From an uncultured Alphaproteobacteria bacterium (lineage in GTDB: Bacteria; Pseudomonadota; Alphaproteobacteria; Rs-D84; CACZYB01), in the NCBI GenBank assembly GCA_934246625.1, contig CAKQHZ010000001.1, positions 180,001-212,000 of the forward strand: DNA of 32,000 bases, read 5' to 3'. Made by a program: the position numbers and the translations under genes. The notes beneath the pieces are model-generated. The model did not search any database. It was given only the letters and a program-made list of their open reading frames with translations, and was not told the origin of the DNA. Shown piece by piece: positions 13,835 to 22,505 of the stretch; the first letter of the stretch is position 1; every line of letters starts with the position of its first letter.

Positions 13835-16225
13835 TTATTTATCGCGAAGTTCACCACCAAGAGTTAAAACTTTGTCAATCGCACCTTTGAAGATAACATT
13901 GATTTCTTCTTCGGTCAAAGTTTTATCCTTTTGTTCAATAGTTAAATGAACTGCAACTGATTTTTTACCAGATGGAAGATTGTCCCCCTTGTAAATATCA
14001 AAGATTTTTGCATCACTAATGTATTCTTTATTTGAGTTTTTAACTGCAGTTAAAATATCATTACCCAAAACAGAATCATCAATAATCACAGCAAATTCAC
14101 GAGAAATGGCTTGTAAATCAGAAATAATCAATTTCTTTTTTGCTGGACTTTTCTTTGATTTTGCAGGTGGCAATAAATCAAGATTAAGTTCAAATGCAAC
14201 TATATTTGTATGCTTTATACCAAACTTTTTAAGTGTTAATGGGTGTATTTCACCAAAGTATCCAATTACTTTGTTTGCAAAGATAACCCCTGCACTTTTA
14301 TATGGATTCAAATAGCTTGGTAAATTCTTTGTATCAAATTTAATGCTGTTTGCACTAACTCCAAAAAGTTTTAAAATTGCAAATATATCATTTTTAACAT
14401 CATATACATCTGGAAGAATGATATTGTTGCTCCAATCCTTTGAAATTTGTGGGCCTTGTCTTACACCTGAAACATACAAGTATTGTTCAGTTGGTTTATT
14501 ACCATAAAAGACTGGACCTACCTCAAATAAATTAGATGTATTTACAGAATGTGAAAGATTTAGATAAACTCTATCAAGAAGATTTGGAATTATACTTTTT
14601 CTTAACACATTCAAATCTGAGGCAATAGGATTTACTATTTTTATTGGTGAAGAAGTATCAAATTCCTTTTTATCACTCATAAATGACCAAGAATAAATTT
14701 CAGTCAAACCTCGGCTTGCAAGAATATGTGGTAATTTCAATTTATGGATTGTATCGCTGTCAATTACCAAATTTTCATTTTCCGATTTCACAGAAACAGA
14801 TGGTAATTTATCAAAACCATAAATACGAACAAGTTCTTCGGTTATATCATGTGGACCTTCTATATCTTCTCTGTATGAAGGAGGAATAACCTCTAATATT
14901 TCACCATTATCCTTTACTTCACAACCAAGTTTTGTAAGAATTTCAACCATTGTTGATTTTTCAATATCAAAGCCAACACGTGTTTTGAAATATGATACAG
15001 GGAAAGAAATTATTCGTTTTTCAAAACAACATTTTCCAGTTTTACAAATTTGTGATGGTGTTCCACCGCAAATATCCAAAATTAAATTTGTTGCATTTTC
15101 CAATCCCCAAATTGTTGAGCAAGGGTCAATTCCTCGTTCAAAACGGAATTTAGAATCGGATTCAATTTTTAATTGCTTTGCTGTTTTTCTTATCACAACA
15201 GGATTAAAATATGCACATTCCAAAAGAACATTTGTTGTTTCCATTGTGCAAGATGTGTTAAGTCCACCCATAACGCCAGCCAAACTTTGGATACCATTAT
15301 CATCTTTTATAACAATATCGCCTTTGTTTAAAATGTATGTGTTTCCATCAAGTGCGACAAATTCTTCTCCTCCAACTGCATAATCGACAACTAAATTACC
15401 CTTTATTTTGTCAGCATCAAAGACATGCAATGGGCGGTTTAAATTATGCAAAGAATAGTTTGTAATATCAACCAAAGCAGAAATAGAATTCATATCAACT
15501 GATGAAAGATAATCCTTTAACCACTTTGGACTTTCACAATTTTTTACACCCTTTATATATCTTGTGTTAAATTCTTTTGCATCATTGGTTGCATTATTGA
15601 TTACGGCAATTGGACTTTGTAAATCACATTTTACTTCTTTGATTTCAGATGTGATAAGTTCACCAAAACCACCTGCAGCCAAATCACGAGCAATTCCCAA
15701 AACTCCCAAATAATCAGGGTGATTTGGAAGAACATTTCCTTCGTAGACAACATCAAGATTGTAAATTGTTTCAAGTGCAGAAATTGCATCTTGACCTGCG
15801 GATACAGATGATGGAAGTTCAATAATACCATCGTGCTCTGTGCCAAGTGATAATTCACGAGCAGAACACATCATACCATTTGATTCTTTGCCACGAACAA
15901 CACCTTTTTTAAGTTTTGTGCCATCGTGAGGAATTATATTTCCTGGGCGAGCAAGAATACCCTTTAATCCCTTTCGTGCATTAGGAGCCCCACAAACAAC
16001 ATCAAGAATTTCTTTGCCTGTATTTACCTTTAAAAGATGTAAATGGTCGCTGTCAGGATGATTTTCACATTCAATAATTTCTCCGACAATAAAGTCCTTA
16101 AGCGGAGTTTTTTTATCCTCTATATCTTCAATTTCAAGTCCTATCATAGTTAAGGCATTTGCAATTTCGATAGGTGATAAATTTGTTTTTAAATATTGTT
16201 TTAATTGATTATATGTAAAACGCAT
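13835..16225 (-). CDS. pheT: Phenylalanyl-tRNA synthetase beta subunit
   Basis: 796 aa. The N-terminus is MRFTYNQLKQYL. The tRNA-binding (OB) domain reads FIVGEIIECENHPDSDHLHLLKVNTG, followed by the B3/4 and B5 regions and a C-terminal FDX-ACB-like end. An AAGGAG SD is present. Confidence 0.95.
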   Translation of the reverse strand: MRFTYNQLKQYLKTNLSPIEIANALTMIGLEIEDIEDKKTPLKDFIVGEIIECENHPDSDHLHLLKVNTGKEILDVVCGAPNARKGLKGILARPGNIIPHDGTKLKKGVVRGKESNGMMCSARELSLGTEHDGIIELPSSVSAGQDAISALETIYNLDVVYEGNVLPNHPDYLGVLGIARDLAAGGFGELITSEIKEVKCDLQSPIAVINNATNDAKEFNTRYIKGVKNCESPKWLKDYLSSVDMNSISALVDITNYSLHNLNRPLHVFDADKIKGNLVVDYAVGGEEFVALDGNTYILNKGDIVIKDDNGIQSLAGVMGGLNTSCTMETTNVLLECAYFNPVVIRKTAKQLKIESDSKFRFERGIDPCSTIWGLENATNLILDICGGTPSQICKTGKCCFEKRIISFPVSYFKTRVGFDIEKSTMVEILTKLGCEVKDNGEILEVIPPSYREDIEGPHDITEELVRIYGFDKLPSVSVKSENENLVIDSDTIHKLKLPHILASRGLTEIYSWSFMSDKKEFDTSSPIKIVNPIASDLNVLRKSIIPNLLDRVYLNLSHSVNTSNLFEVGPVFYGNKPTEQYLYVSGVRQGPQISKDWSNNIILPDVYDVKNDIFAILKLFGVSANSIKFDTKNLPSYLNPYKSAGVIFANKVIGYFGEIHPLTLKKFGIKHTNIVAFELNLDLLPPAKSKKSPAKKKLIISDLQAISREFAVIIDDSVLGNDILTAVKNSNKEYISDAKIFDIYKGDNLPSGKKSVAVHLTIEQKDKTLTEEEINVIFKGAIDKVLTLGGELRDK

Positions 16226-16241
16226 TTTATTTTCTCCTTAA

Positions 16242-17297
16242 CTATTTACTACTTAAACCTGTGATAATATTTGGTGTATCATCTGCCTCAAAACCATAGT
16301 GAGATAACCAACGGGTATCTGCTTCGAAACATTTACGCATATCTGAAATACCATATTTTAGCATAGTAAGTCTTTCAATACCCATACCAAATGCGAATCC
16401 TTGATATTCATCTGGATTTACACCAACAGATTTTAAAACATTTGGATGAACCATACCACAACCAAGAATTTCAAGCCAACGTTTACCATTTGCACCAATT
16501 TTAAGTTCACCATTTTCAATAGTGCAACGAATATCCATTTCTGCAGAAGGCTCTGTAAATGGGAAATAACTTGGTCGGAATTGTATAGGAACATCATCGG
16601 TTTCAAAAAAGATTTTTAAGAAATCCAAAAGACAACCTTTTAAATGAGCCATTGTAATATTTTTTGCGACATACAAACCTTCAATTTGATGAAACATAGG
16701 TGTATGTGTTGCATCCCAATCACTTCGATAAACACGACCCATTGTTATAACTTTTACTGGCACACCTGTTTTTTCCATTTCGCGAATTTGCACAGATGAA
16801 GTTTGTGTGCGAAGGATATTGCCTCCCTCAACAAAAAAAGTATCTTGCATAGAACGTGCAGGGTGGAAAGCTGGAACATTCAAAGCTGTAAAGTTATGAA
16901 AGTCATCTTCCAAATCTGGACCATTTGCAATTTTAAAACCAAGAGATGCAAAGATTTGGACAAGTTCTTCCTTTACCTTTGAAAGAGGATGGACATAACC
17001 TTTGAATGGTTCGGATTTATTAAGTGTTATATCAATTTTTTCACTTTCAAGTTTTGCATTTATTTCTGAAAGTTCAAGTATAGATTTTTTGTCTTCTATA
17101 GATGAAAGGATTTCGTTCTTTATAACATTTAATTCTGCACCACGAGATTTTTTTTCATCAGGAGATAGCTTACCAAGTTCCTTAAATTCCGCAGTCAAAG
17201 TTCCATTTTTACCAAGGACTGCTACCTTTATATTTTCAAGCTCTTCTGATGTCTTTGCATTAGAAATATTATTTAAAATTAAATTTTTATCTATCAT
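16242..17297 (-). CDS. pheS: Phenylalanyl-tRNA synthetase alpha subunit
   Basis: 351 aa. Class II motifs are HPARSMQDTFF, ILRTQTSSVQIR, GRVYRSDWDATHTPMFHQIEG and FAFGMGIERLTMLKYGI. Confidence 0.95.
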   Translation of the reverse strand: MIDKNLILNNISNAKTSEELENIKVAVLGKNGTLTAEFKELGKLSPDEKKSRGAELNVIKNEILSSIEDKKSILELSEINAKLESEKIDITLNKSEPFKGYVHPLSKVKEELVQIFASLGFKIANGPDLEDDFHNFTALNVPAFHPARSMQDTFFVEGGNILRTQTSSVQIREMEKTGVPVKVITMGRVYRSDWDATHTPMFHQIEGLYVAKNITMAHLKGCLLDFLKIFFETDDVPIQFRPSYFPFTEPSAEMDIRCTIENGELKIGANGKRWLEILGCGMVHPNVLKSVGVNPDEYQGFAFGMGIERLTMLKYGISDMRKCFEADTRWLSHYGFEADDTPNIITGLSSK

Positions 17298-18381
17298 TTA
17301 CATTTCCTATATTTATATGATTATTTAATTTATTTTCTATTATATTATTTGATTTTTCAAATTCCAGTGATTTTACTATTTTTACAGGATTTATAAAGGA
17401 ATTTTTACCATTTCTTATTAAAACATTATCACCTGTAGACAAAGCTAAATCATAAAATTTTTTTGGGGTCATAGATTTATCAATATTTTTTGCAAGAGCA
17501 TAAATACCTGCAAAATAAGGAACAGCCCAACTCATTCCACCTTGAGTATCATAAAAATAATCATTATCACCAGTAGGAGAAGCCAATGTAATCCTGTCTT
17601 GAGGGACACATATTGCATCTTCAACGACTATATTTTTACGTTCAGAAAAGAAGATACATTCTTTATAATTTTGTGTATCATTTAAGTCAGAATCTATTAT
17701 TCTATCTGTTCCAACAAATGGAATATTATAAAATGTTCTTATCCCTGTAAAAGCAATAAAAATATCATTATCACGACAAACAGAAATAGCTTCTTTGAGT
17801 TTTTCCTCTGTTGTTGTTTTTCCATCACAAAGACCTGAACTTATTGAAATGACTTTTATTTTATTTTCTTTTGGTAAAGTCTTATTATATTCAATAACTT
17901 GATAAATAGCTTTTATTTTATCATCTACACTAAAATTTTTACCAGAAGGAGTTGCAAAATATGCAAGTTTTGCATCTGGCAAGATACCATTTTTACCACA
18001 TAAAATAGATGATACAGCAGAACCATGCATTTCTAGTTCAGGTGGCATTTTACCAATTTCCTCATAATGGATAATGTTGTTTTTTATATCATTATGTGTT
18101 GTGCGAAGTTTTTGATCAATAATTGCAATGGTAATCCCCTTGCCAGTATAACCTTTGTTATGAAGTTCAGCGATATAAGGACCTCGAGTTTTTGCATTTT
18201 CTAAACGAGTTTGAAATTGTTTTTTTACAGAATTTGGAAATATAGTTTTAGAATCAAACATTAAGTTTTTATTTTCTTGAGAAAGAATACTCTGCCAATC
18301 TAAAAAATCATATTTAGAAACATCAAGACCTCTAAAATCATTTTTATCTATTTTGTTAAGTATTAGCTTTTCATCTATCAT
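17287..18381 (-). CDS. Subtilase (S8) family serine peptidase-like protein, no signal peptide
   Basis: 364 aa. The catalytic-triad contexts occur in D-H-S order: GKGITIAIIDQK (Asp), EMHGSAVSSIL (His), VISISSG (oxyanion region) and GGMSWAVPYFAGIYALA (Ser). The stop overlaps the pheS start by 11 nt. Confidence 0.75.
   Translation of the reverse strand: MIDEKLILNKIDKNDFRGLDVSKYDFLDWQSILSQENKNLMFDSKTIFPNSVKKQFQTRLENAKTRGPYIAELHNKGYTGKGITIAIIDQKLRTTHNDIKNNIIHYEEIGKMPPELEMHGSAVSSILCGKNGILPDAKLAYFATPSGKNFSVDDKIKAIYQVIEYNKTLPKENKIKVISISSGLCDGKTTTEEKLKEAISVCRDNDIFIAFTGIRTFYNIPFVGTDRIIDSDLNDTQNYKECIFFSERKNIVVEDAICVPQDRITLASPTGDNDYFYDTQGGMSWAVPYFAGIYALAKNIDKSMTPKKFYDLALSTGDNVLIRNGKNSFINPVKIVKSLEFEKSNNIIENKLNNHINIGNVNDR
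17289..17310. repeat. Direct repeat copy 1 (22 nt, ATCTATCATTTACATTTCCTAT): pheS translation-initiation region
   Basis: Identical to 18373-18394. On the coding strand it reads ATAGGAAATGTAA ATG ATA GAT. Confidence 0.95.
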
Positions 18382-18394
18382 TTACATTTCCTAT
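18373..18394. repeat. Direct repeat copy 2 (22 nt): translation-initiation region of the S8-like gene
   Basis: Identical to 17289-17310. The copies are spaced 1084 bp apart. Confidence 0.95.
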
Positions 18395-18400
18395 CACATT

Positions 18401-18435
18401 AAAAAATTAAAAGAGGCTTTGGTTGAAAGCCTCTT
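18401..18435 (-). terminator. Rho-independent terminator after rplT
   Basis: AAGAGGCTTT-ggttg-AAAGCCTCTT forms a perfect 10-bp stem. The minus-strand RNA then continues TTAATTTTTT. Confidence 0.7.
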
Positions 18436-18436
18436 T

Positions 18437-18464
18437 ATTATAACACTTTTTTATTAAATCACAA
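18437..18464 (-). promoter_or_regulatory. Candidate promoter for the S8-like/pheS/pheT unit (TTGTGA-16-TGtTATAAT)
   Basis: The minus strand reads TTGTGA (complement of 18459-18464), a 16-nt spacer, and an extended -10 TGTTATAAT (complement of 18437-18445). The predicted start falls inside the 5' arm of the rplT terminator hairpin. Confidence 0.35.
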
Positions 18465-18482
18465 ATTGATTTACGCAGAGGC

Positions 18483-18848
18483 TTATTTTGCTTCGCTTAT
18501 AAATCGTTTTGCAGATTCAACAACAGCTTGGAATGCAGTTTTATCATTTGTAGCCATTTCTGAAAGAACTTTTCTATCAAGAATGATACCTGCCTTGTTA
18601 AGACCAAAAATAAATTCAGAATATGTGATTCCAAATTCACGAACACCAGCATTGATACGTGCAATCCAAAGTGAACGGAAATTTGATTTATTTTTACGTC
18701 TGTCACGGTAAGCATATTGCAAACCTTTTTCAACTTTTTCATGTGCAATACGATAACATGTAGAATTACGTCCACGGTATCCCTTTGCCATATTTAATAT
18801 TTTTTTATGTCTTTGTTTTTTTGTAAGACCTCTTTTAACACGTGCCAT
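18483..18848 (-). CDS. rplT: 50S ribosomal protein L20
   Basis: 121 aa, reading [27 protein letters not shown]...[23 protein letters not shown]. Confidence 0.97.
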   Translation of the reverse strand: MARVKRGLTKKQRHKKILNMAKGYRGRNSTCYRIAHEKVEKGLQYAYRDRRKNKSNFRSLWIARINAGVREFGITYSEFIFGLNKAGIILDRKVLSEMATNDKTAFQAVVESAKRFISEAK

Positions 18849-18859
18849 TTTTTGCTCCT

Positions 18860-19063
18860 TTATTTCATACCGTAAGGCATTAATCTTTCAACGATTTTTT
18901 TATCGCAACCATCCAAATATTGTCCATGAACAGCTTCTGTTAATGAACGAGAAGATTTACGACGCATAAAGTGATTATGACCAGCACGGCTTGTTTTAAC
19001 CTTACCATTTGCTGACATACGGAACCTTAATTTAAAGGCACTTTTTGTTTTAAGTTTTGGCAT
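18860..19063 (-). CDS. rpmI: 50S ribosomal protein L35
   Basis: 67 aa, reading [37 protein letters not shown]. An AAGGAG SD is present. Confidence 0.95.
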   Translation of the reverse strand: MPKLKTKSAFKLRFRMSANGKVKTSRAGHNHFMRRKSSRSLTEAVHGQYLDGCDKKIVERLMPYGMK

Positions 19064-19088
19064 TTTAACTCCTTGTTTTTTTTAAGTT

Positions 19089-19097
19089 ATTATAGCA
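19089..19097 (-). promoter_or_regulatory. Candidate extended -10 promoter (TGcTATAAT) for rpmI-rplT
   Basis: The complement of 19089-19097 reads TGCTATAAT, about 26 nt upstream of the rpmI ATG. The -35 is weak. Confidence 0.4.
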
Positions 19098-19176
19098 GGT
19101 AGGCAGCCAATTGATAGCCCACGTTGCCGTTGATTTCATTGAATATATCACATTTAAAATAAAAATCAAGAAAATA

Positions 19177-21288
19177 TTAGTGTTTTAATCTTAACCAGTC
19201 TGGAACAGGAGGTGCAGATGGGATTTTTGATTTTGCAAGAAGTTTTTCATCCTTGTAATAACGTGGAGAATCGGCCTCTATCGGATAACGAGCATAACCT
19301 TGCATAATGACGATTTGTTTTTCGGCTGGCAACATCATAATTTTTGCGGTTGAATACAATGCGGACTTTCCAACCTTTACTTCGGATTCACGCTTAAATG
19401 CACTTGTTACTGTTCCATTTTTATATGTAACATCTGCCGTTCCTGCATCACCCATAATTTTAGAGAATCGTTCTGCCGTGTGTTCATTGTTTTGTGTAAG
19501 AATAATTTTTGCCGCAGTCGTTGACATCAATGTTTCAACATGCTCGCGACCATAACCTGCCTCGATTTGTCCCAAATCTTGTGCAATAAGAAGGTATGAT
19601 ACCTTTTGACCACGACCAACAGCTGGACCATCAATGACGGCATTTAGTTTTGGCATTTGTGGGAATTCGTCAAGCACAAATAACACAGGATATGGACCTA
19701 CCTTATCACCTGCTTTATTTATAACTTTATTAGGTGGGTTGGAAATAAAGTAGTTTGACATCAATTCAACAAAAACACCCGTGATAACATTTAATGCACG
19801 AGCATCTGTTTGATTAACAGATAGGTAAACCGTTACTGGTTTAATCTTACCATCACGAGGGTCAACCATACCACGAATATCTTTGAATGAAAAATCACTA
19901 TGTGAAGTTCGTTGACGAACAGCTTGGTTTTTAAAAATACTTATACCACTTAATGCAGTTGAAAGAATAGAACCTCGTTCCTTATCAGGAGTATTTGCAA
20001 GTTGTGTCATTTCAAGTGAGGCACGATGAGCATAGCCATATCGACGAGCCTCCACCACCGCAGTTTCTAACATTTCCTTCATTGGGTCAGCCAAAGCGGC
20101 CATTTGGTCCCCCTCTTCCTTTCGTTTGCGGATTGCTTCGGAAATTTGGACTTGGGATTCACTTAACCAATCAAGGAGCATTGGGATACAGGCTTCGTGT
20201 CCTATCCATTCCTTTGGAATATCATTCCATGTGCCAACTGGGACATAATTATCCTTTGTTAATTTGCCCTCACGAAGAATTGTTAAGGCTCCCATTGCAT
20301 AACTGTCATTCATATCCATATAATATCCCTCAAGCATATATGCATCTTGGGCATTAAAGGTTTTTGTTAAAAGTTTGTTGTAAAAATAATCACTGGCATT
20401 TGCACGTTCACATTTTGAAACAATATAATTTATAAGTCCAGAAAGTGCATTTCGACCAGTTTTTGACCAGTGTGGGTCGGCAGATGAACCAGCGGGGTCC
20501 TGAACAAAAACATTTACCATACTGTCAACATACATATCCCTGTCTGGTCCCTGTTGTGGGATAATTCCAGGTGAAAGAGGATTCCAACTTGGGTAATACA
20601 CACCATTTTCTGGGTCATCTTCCTTTCCCCAATTCATAATGAAAACGGGACCTATTTGTGCACGATAGCCACTTGTCATATAACAAAGTTCTGGTTTTGG
20701 GTCGTTCACAATCATACTAACTGTATCACATTCAAAAATGGTTGGAACAACAACACCAACTGTTTTACCAGTTCCAGGAGGAGCACATACAAGAACTGAA
20801 AGTGTTTCACTTAACTTTAAAAAATGTTTTTTAAATCGACCAAGGACAACTATAAATCCGTCCCAAACCTTCATTTTCTTCATTAAAGGTTCGTCAGCCT
20901 TTCTTGACCATGCAGTTGGGGTTGATGTAATGTCGTGCGGATTTTTACCTTCTAAAATAACCAAAAGCACAGGTATTGCCATAAGAGGAACAGCAGGTAT
21001 CAATGTTGTTGTATGTCCCGCGACAAATGCCATTATCCATTCATAGTATGCAAGAATGACATAAAACCCCTTTGTATTAGCTATTTTTTTGAAATAGCTT
21101 CGCATTGCAGGTGAGTTAAAAACACTAAAATCAAAACCATTATTTATCCAGTTTGAAATAGGAAATATCATTATCAAAACGCCCCACATAAGTAGGCCAA
21201 AAAGGATATATGCAATCATAAGCCAACGGGCGGCCTTCTGATGCTCCCCTTCATTTTTATCTTCAAAAACTTTTTTAAAAAGTGCCAT
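19177..21288 (-). CDS. Type IV secretion coupling protein (TraG/VirD4 family ATPase)
   Basis: 703 aa. N-terminal TM helices are LMIAYILFGLLMWGVLIMIF and IPAVPLMAIPVLLVIL. Walker A is VLVCAPPGTGKTVGVVVPT and Walker B is PVLFVLDEFPQM. The family-typical LLIAQDLGQIEAGYG block is present. Confidence 0.85.
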   Translation of the reverse strand: MALFKKVFEDKNEGEHQKAARWLMIAYILFGLLMWGVLIMIFPISNWINNGFDFSVFNSPAMRSYFKKIANTKGFYVILAYYEWIMAFVAGHTTTLIPAVPLMAIPVLLVILEGKNPHDITSTPTAWSRKADEPLMKKMKVWDGFIVVLGRFKKHFLKLSETLSVLVCAPPGTGKTVGVVVPTIFECDTVSMIVNDPKPELCYMTSGYRAQIGPVFIMNWGKEDDPENGVYYPSWNPLSPGIIPQQGPDRDMYVDSMVNVFVQDPAGSSADPHWSKTGRNALSGLINYIVSKCERANASDYFYNKLLTKTFNAQDAYMLEGYYMDMNDSYAMGALTILREGKLTKDNYVPVGTWNDIPKEWIGHEACIPMLLDWLSESQVQISEAIRKRKEEGDQMAALADPMKEMLETAVVEARRYGYAHRASLEMTQLANTPDKERGSILSTALSGISIFKNQAVRQRTSHSDFSFKDIRGMVDPRDGKIKPVTVYLSVNQTDARALNVITGVFVELMSNYFISNPPNKVINKAGDKVGPYPVLFVLDEFPQMPKLNAVIDGPAVGRGQKVSYLLIAQDLGQIEAGYGREHVETLMSTTAAKIILTQNNEHTAERFSKIMGDAGTADVTYKNGTVTSAFKRESEVKVGKSALYSTAKIMMLPAEKQIVIMQGYARYPIEADSPRYYKDEKLLAKSKIPSAPPVPDWLRLKH

Positions 21289-21344
21289 TATTTTCTCTTT
21301 CCTATGACAAAAAGTATAGCATAATTTTTATAATTAGAAAAGTA

Positions 21345-22505
21345 TTATTTTATTTGGCTGTTTTCAATATGAATAAATAGAGATTTCTTATTTTCAAAGA
21401 ATTTAAAATCGTCCTTTATAATGCCTGTAAAGAAAATTTGTGTTGGCATTGCCTCCAACTCTTCAAACAATCTTGCCAACTTTAAATCATCAAGATGTGC
21501 AGGAGCTTCGTCAATCAAAATTATCGGATATTTATCAAAGTAAAGATAAAGCAAATTTGCATAGGCAAGTATTATTGAAATGACCGTGCATTTTTGTTCA
21601 CCAGTCGAAGTTTGATCGGCAGATATATTTTTATCAATGTTATATGCTGTAAAATCTGAACGATGAACCCCATCAACAGGAGGAGAAAATGTATATTTAA
21701 AAAGTTCACGATTTTCAAGAAGTTTTTGTTTGAAAAATTCCTCTACCTCAACAGCCTTATGCATGCGAAGTTCATCTTCTATGATACCTGTAATTGTAAT
21801 TTGAATATGTGGGAAATTTGTTTTTCGCTCACTTAAAATCCTATTAAGTTTTTCTTCAAATTCCAACCTTAATGCACCAATGCTTATCCCTAAGGAAACA
21901 ATTTCTTCTTCTATACTTGAAAGCCAATTAAAATCTGGGTTATGACCCTTTAGGATTTTTGAACGTTGCTTAAGCAAGTTATTATACTGATTAAGTGATG
22001 TGCCATAAAATGGATAAAAGTTTGATATAAGATTATCAAGAAACTTTCTTCGTTCGCCTGTGGCTTCTGAAAAAAGTCGGTCCATAAATGGTGTTATCCA
22101 AATAAGTTTTATATAGTTTTGTAAATCTTGAGCTGAGATATTATTTTCATCGGCAATAATCAACCTTTTTTCAACAATATCATCTTGCGAATCGTATGAA
22201 GTTGCATCTTTATTTTTATAATTATAGGAAATTCCCAATGTGTGAAGTTCATCATCTGTGGTAATTTGTGATGAAACGGTAAAAACTTTATGCTCGCTAT
22301 TGATTCTACCAAGTTGTGAAAGTTTTGCCTTTCGAAATGGACCTGAAATAGAAAGCATTGAAATAGCCTCTAAGATATTAGTTTTTCCAGCTCCATTTTC
22401 ACCAGTAATGATAATATTTTTTATACCTTCGCAATCCAATTTCAATTTATCATAGGAGCGAAAGTTTGTTAAAATCAATCGTTTTATTTCATAAGAATTC
22501 ATCAT
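21345..22505 (-). CDS. recF: DNA replication and repair protein RecF
   Basis: 386 aa. Matches are LILTNFRSY, ITGENGAGKTNILEAIS (Walker A), GERRKFLDNLISNFYPFY, GVHRSDF, STGEQKC (signature motif) and PIILIDEAPAHLDD (Walker B). Confidence 0.9.
   Translation of the reverse strand: MMNSYEIKRLILTNFRSYDKLKLDCEGIKNIIITGENGAGKTNILEAISMLSISGPFRKAKLSQLGRINSEHKVFTVSSQITTDDELHTLGISYNYKNKDATSYDSQDDIVEKRLIIADENNISAQDLQNYIKLIWITPFMDRLFSEATGERRKFLDNLISNFYPFYGTSLNQYNNLLKQRSKILKGHNPDFNWLSSIEEEIVSLGISIGALRLEFEEKLNRILSERKTNFPHIQITITGIIEDELRMHKAVEVEEFFKQKLLENRELFKYTFSPPVDGVHRSDFTAYNIDKNISADQTSTGEQKCTVISIILAYANLLYLYFDKYPIILIDEAPAHLDDLKLARLFEELEAMPTQIFFTGIIKDDFKFFENKKSLFIHIENSQIK

Noticed and set aside
14019-15858. 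ORFs inside pheT (14019-14315, 14683-14889, 14985-15383, 15631-15858)
   Set aside because: They are shadow ORFs within a full-length, motif-complete pheT, with no independent start signals.
18382-18482. Phe-leader peptide attenuator or T-box riboswitch upstream of pheS / the S8-like gene
   Set aside because: The spacer is only about 100 nt and contains a single hairpin. It has no Phe-rich mini-ORF and no T-box specifier or antiterminator architecture.
19101-19127. Imperfect hairpin GGCAGC-n15-GTTGCC between the T4CP gene and rpmI as a terminator or attachment site
   Set aside because: It has only 5 of 6 pairs, a 15-nt loop and no T-run. The region has no direct or inverted repeat partner on the other side of the T4CP gene (21289-21344), so there is no evidence for island borders.
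19307-21046. Plus-strand ORFs of 82-120 aa opposite the T4CP gene (19307-19555, 19995-20357, 20738-21046)
   Set aside because: The higher G+C of this gene lowers stop-codon frequency on the antisense strand. The translations have no recognisable features, and the T4CP frame is uninterrupted and motif-complete.
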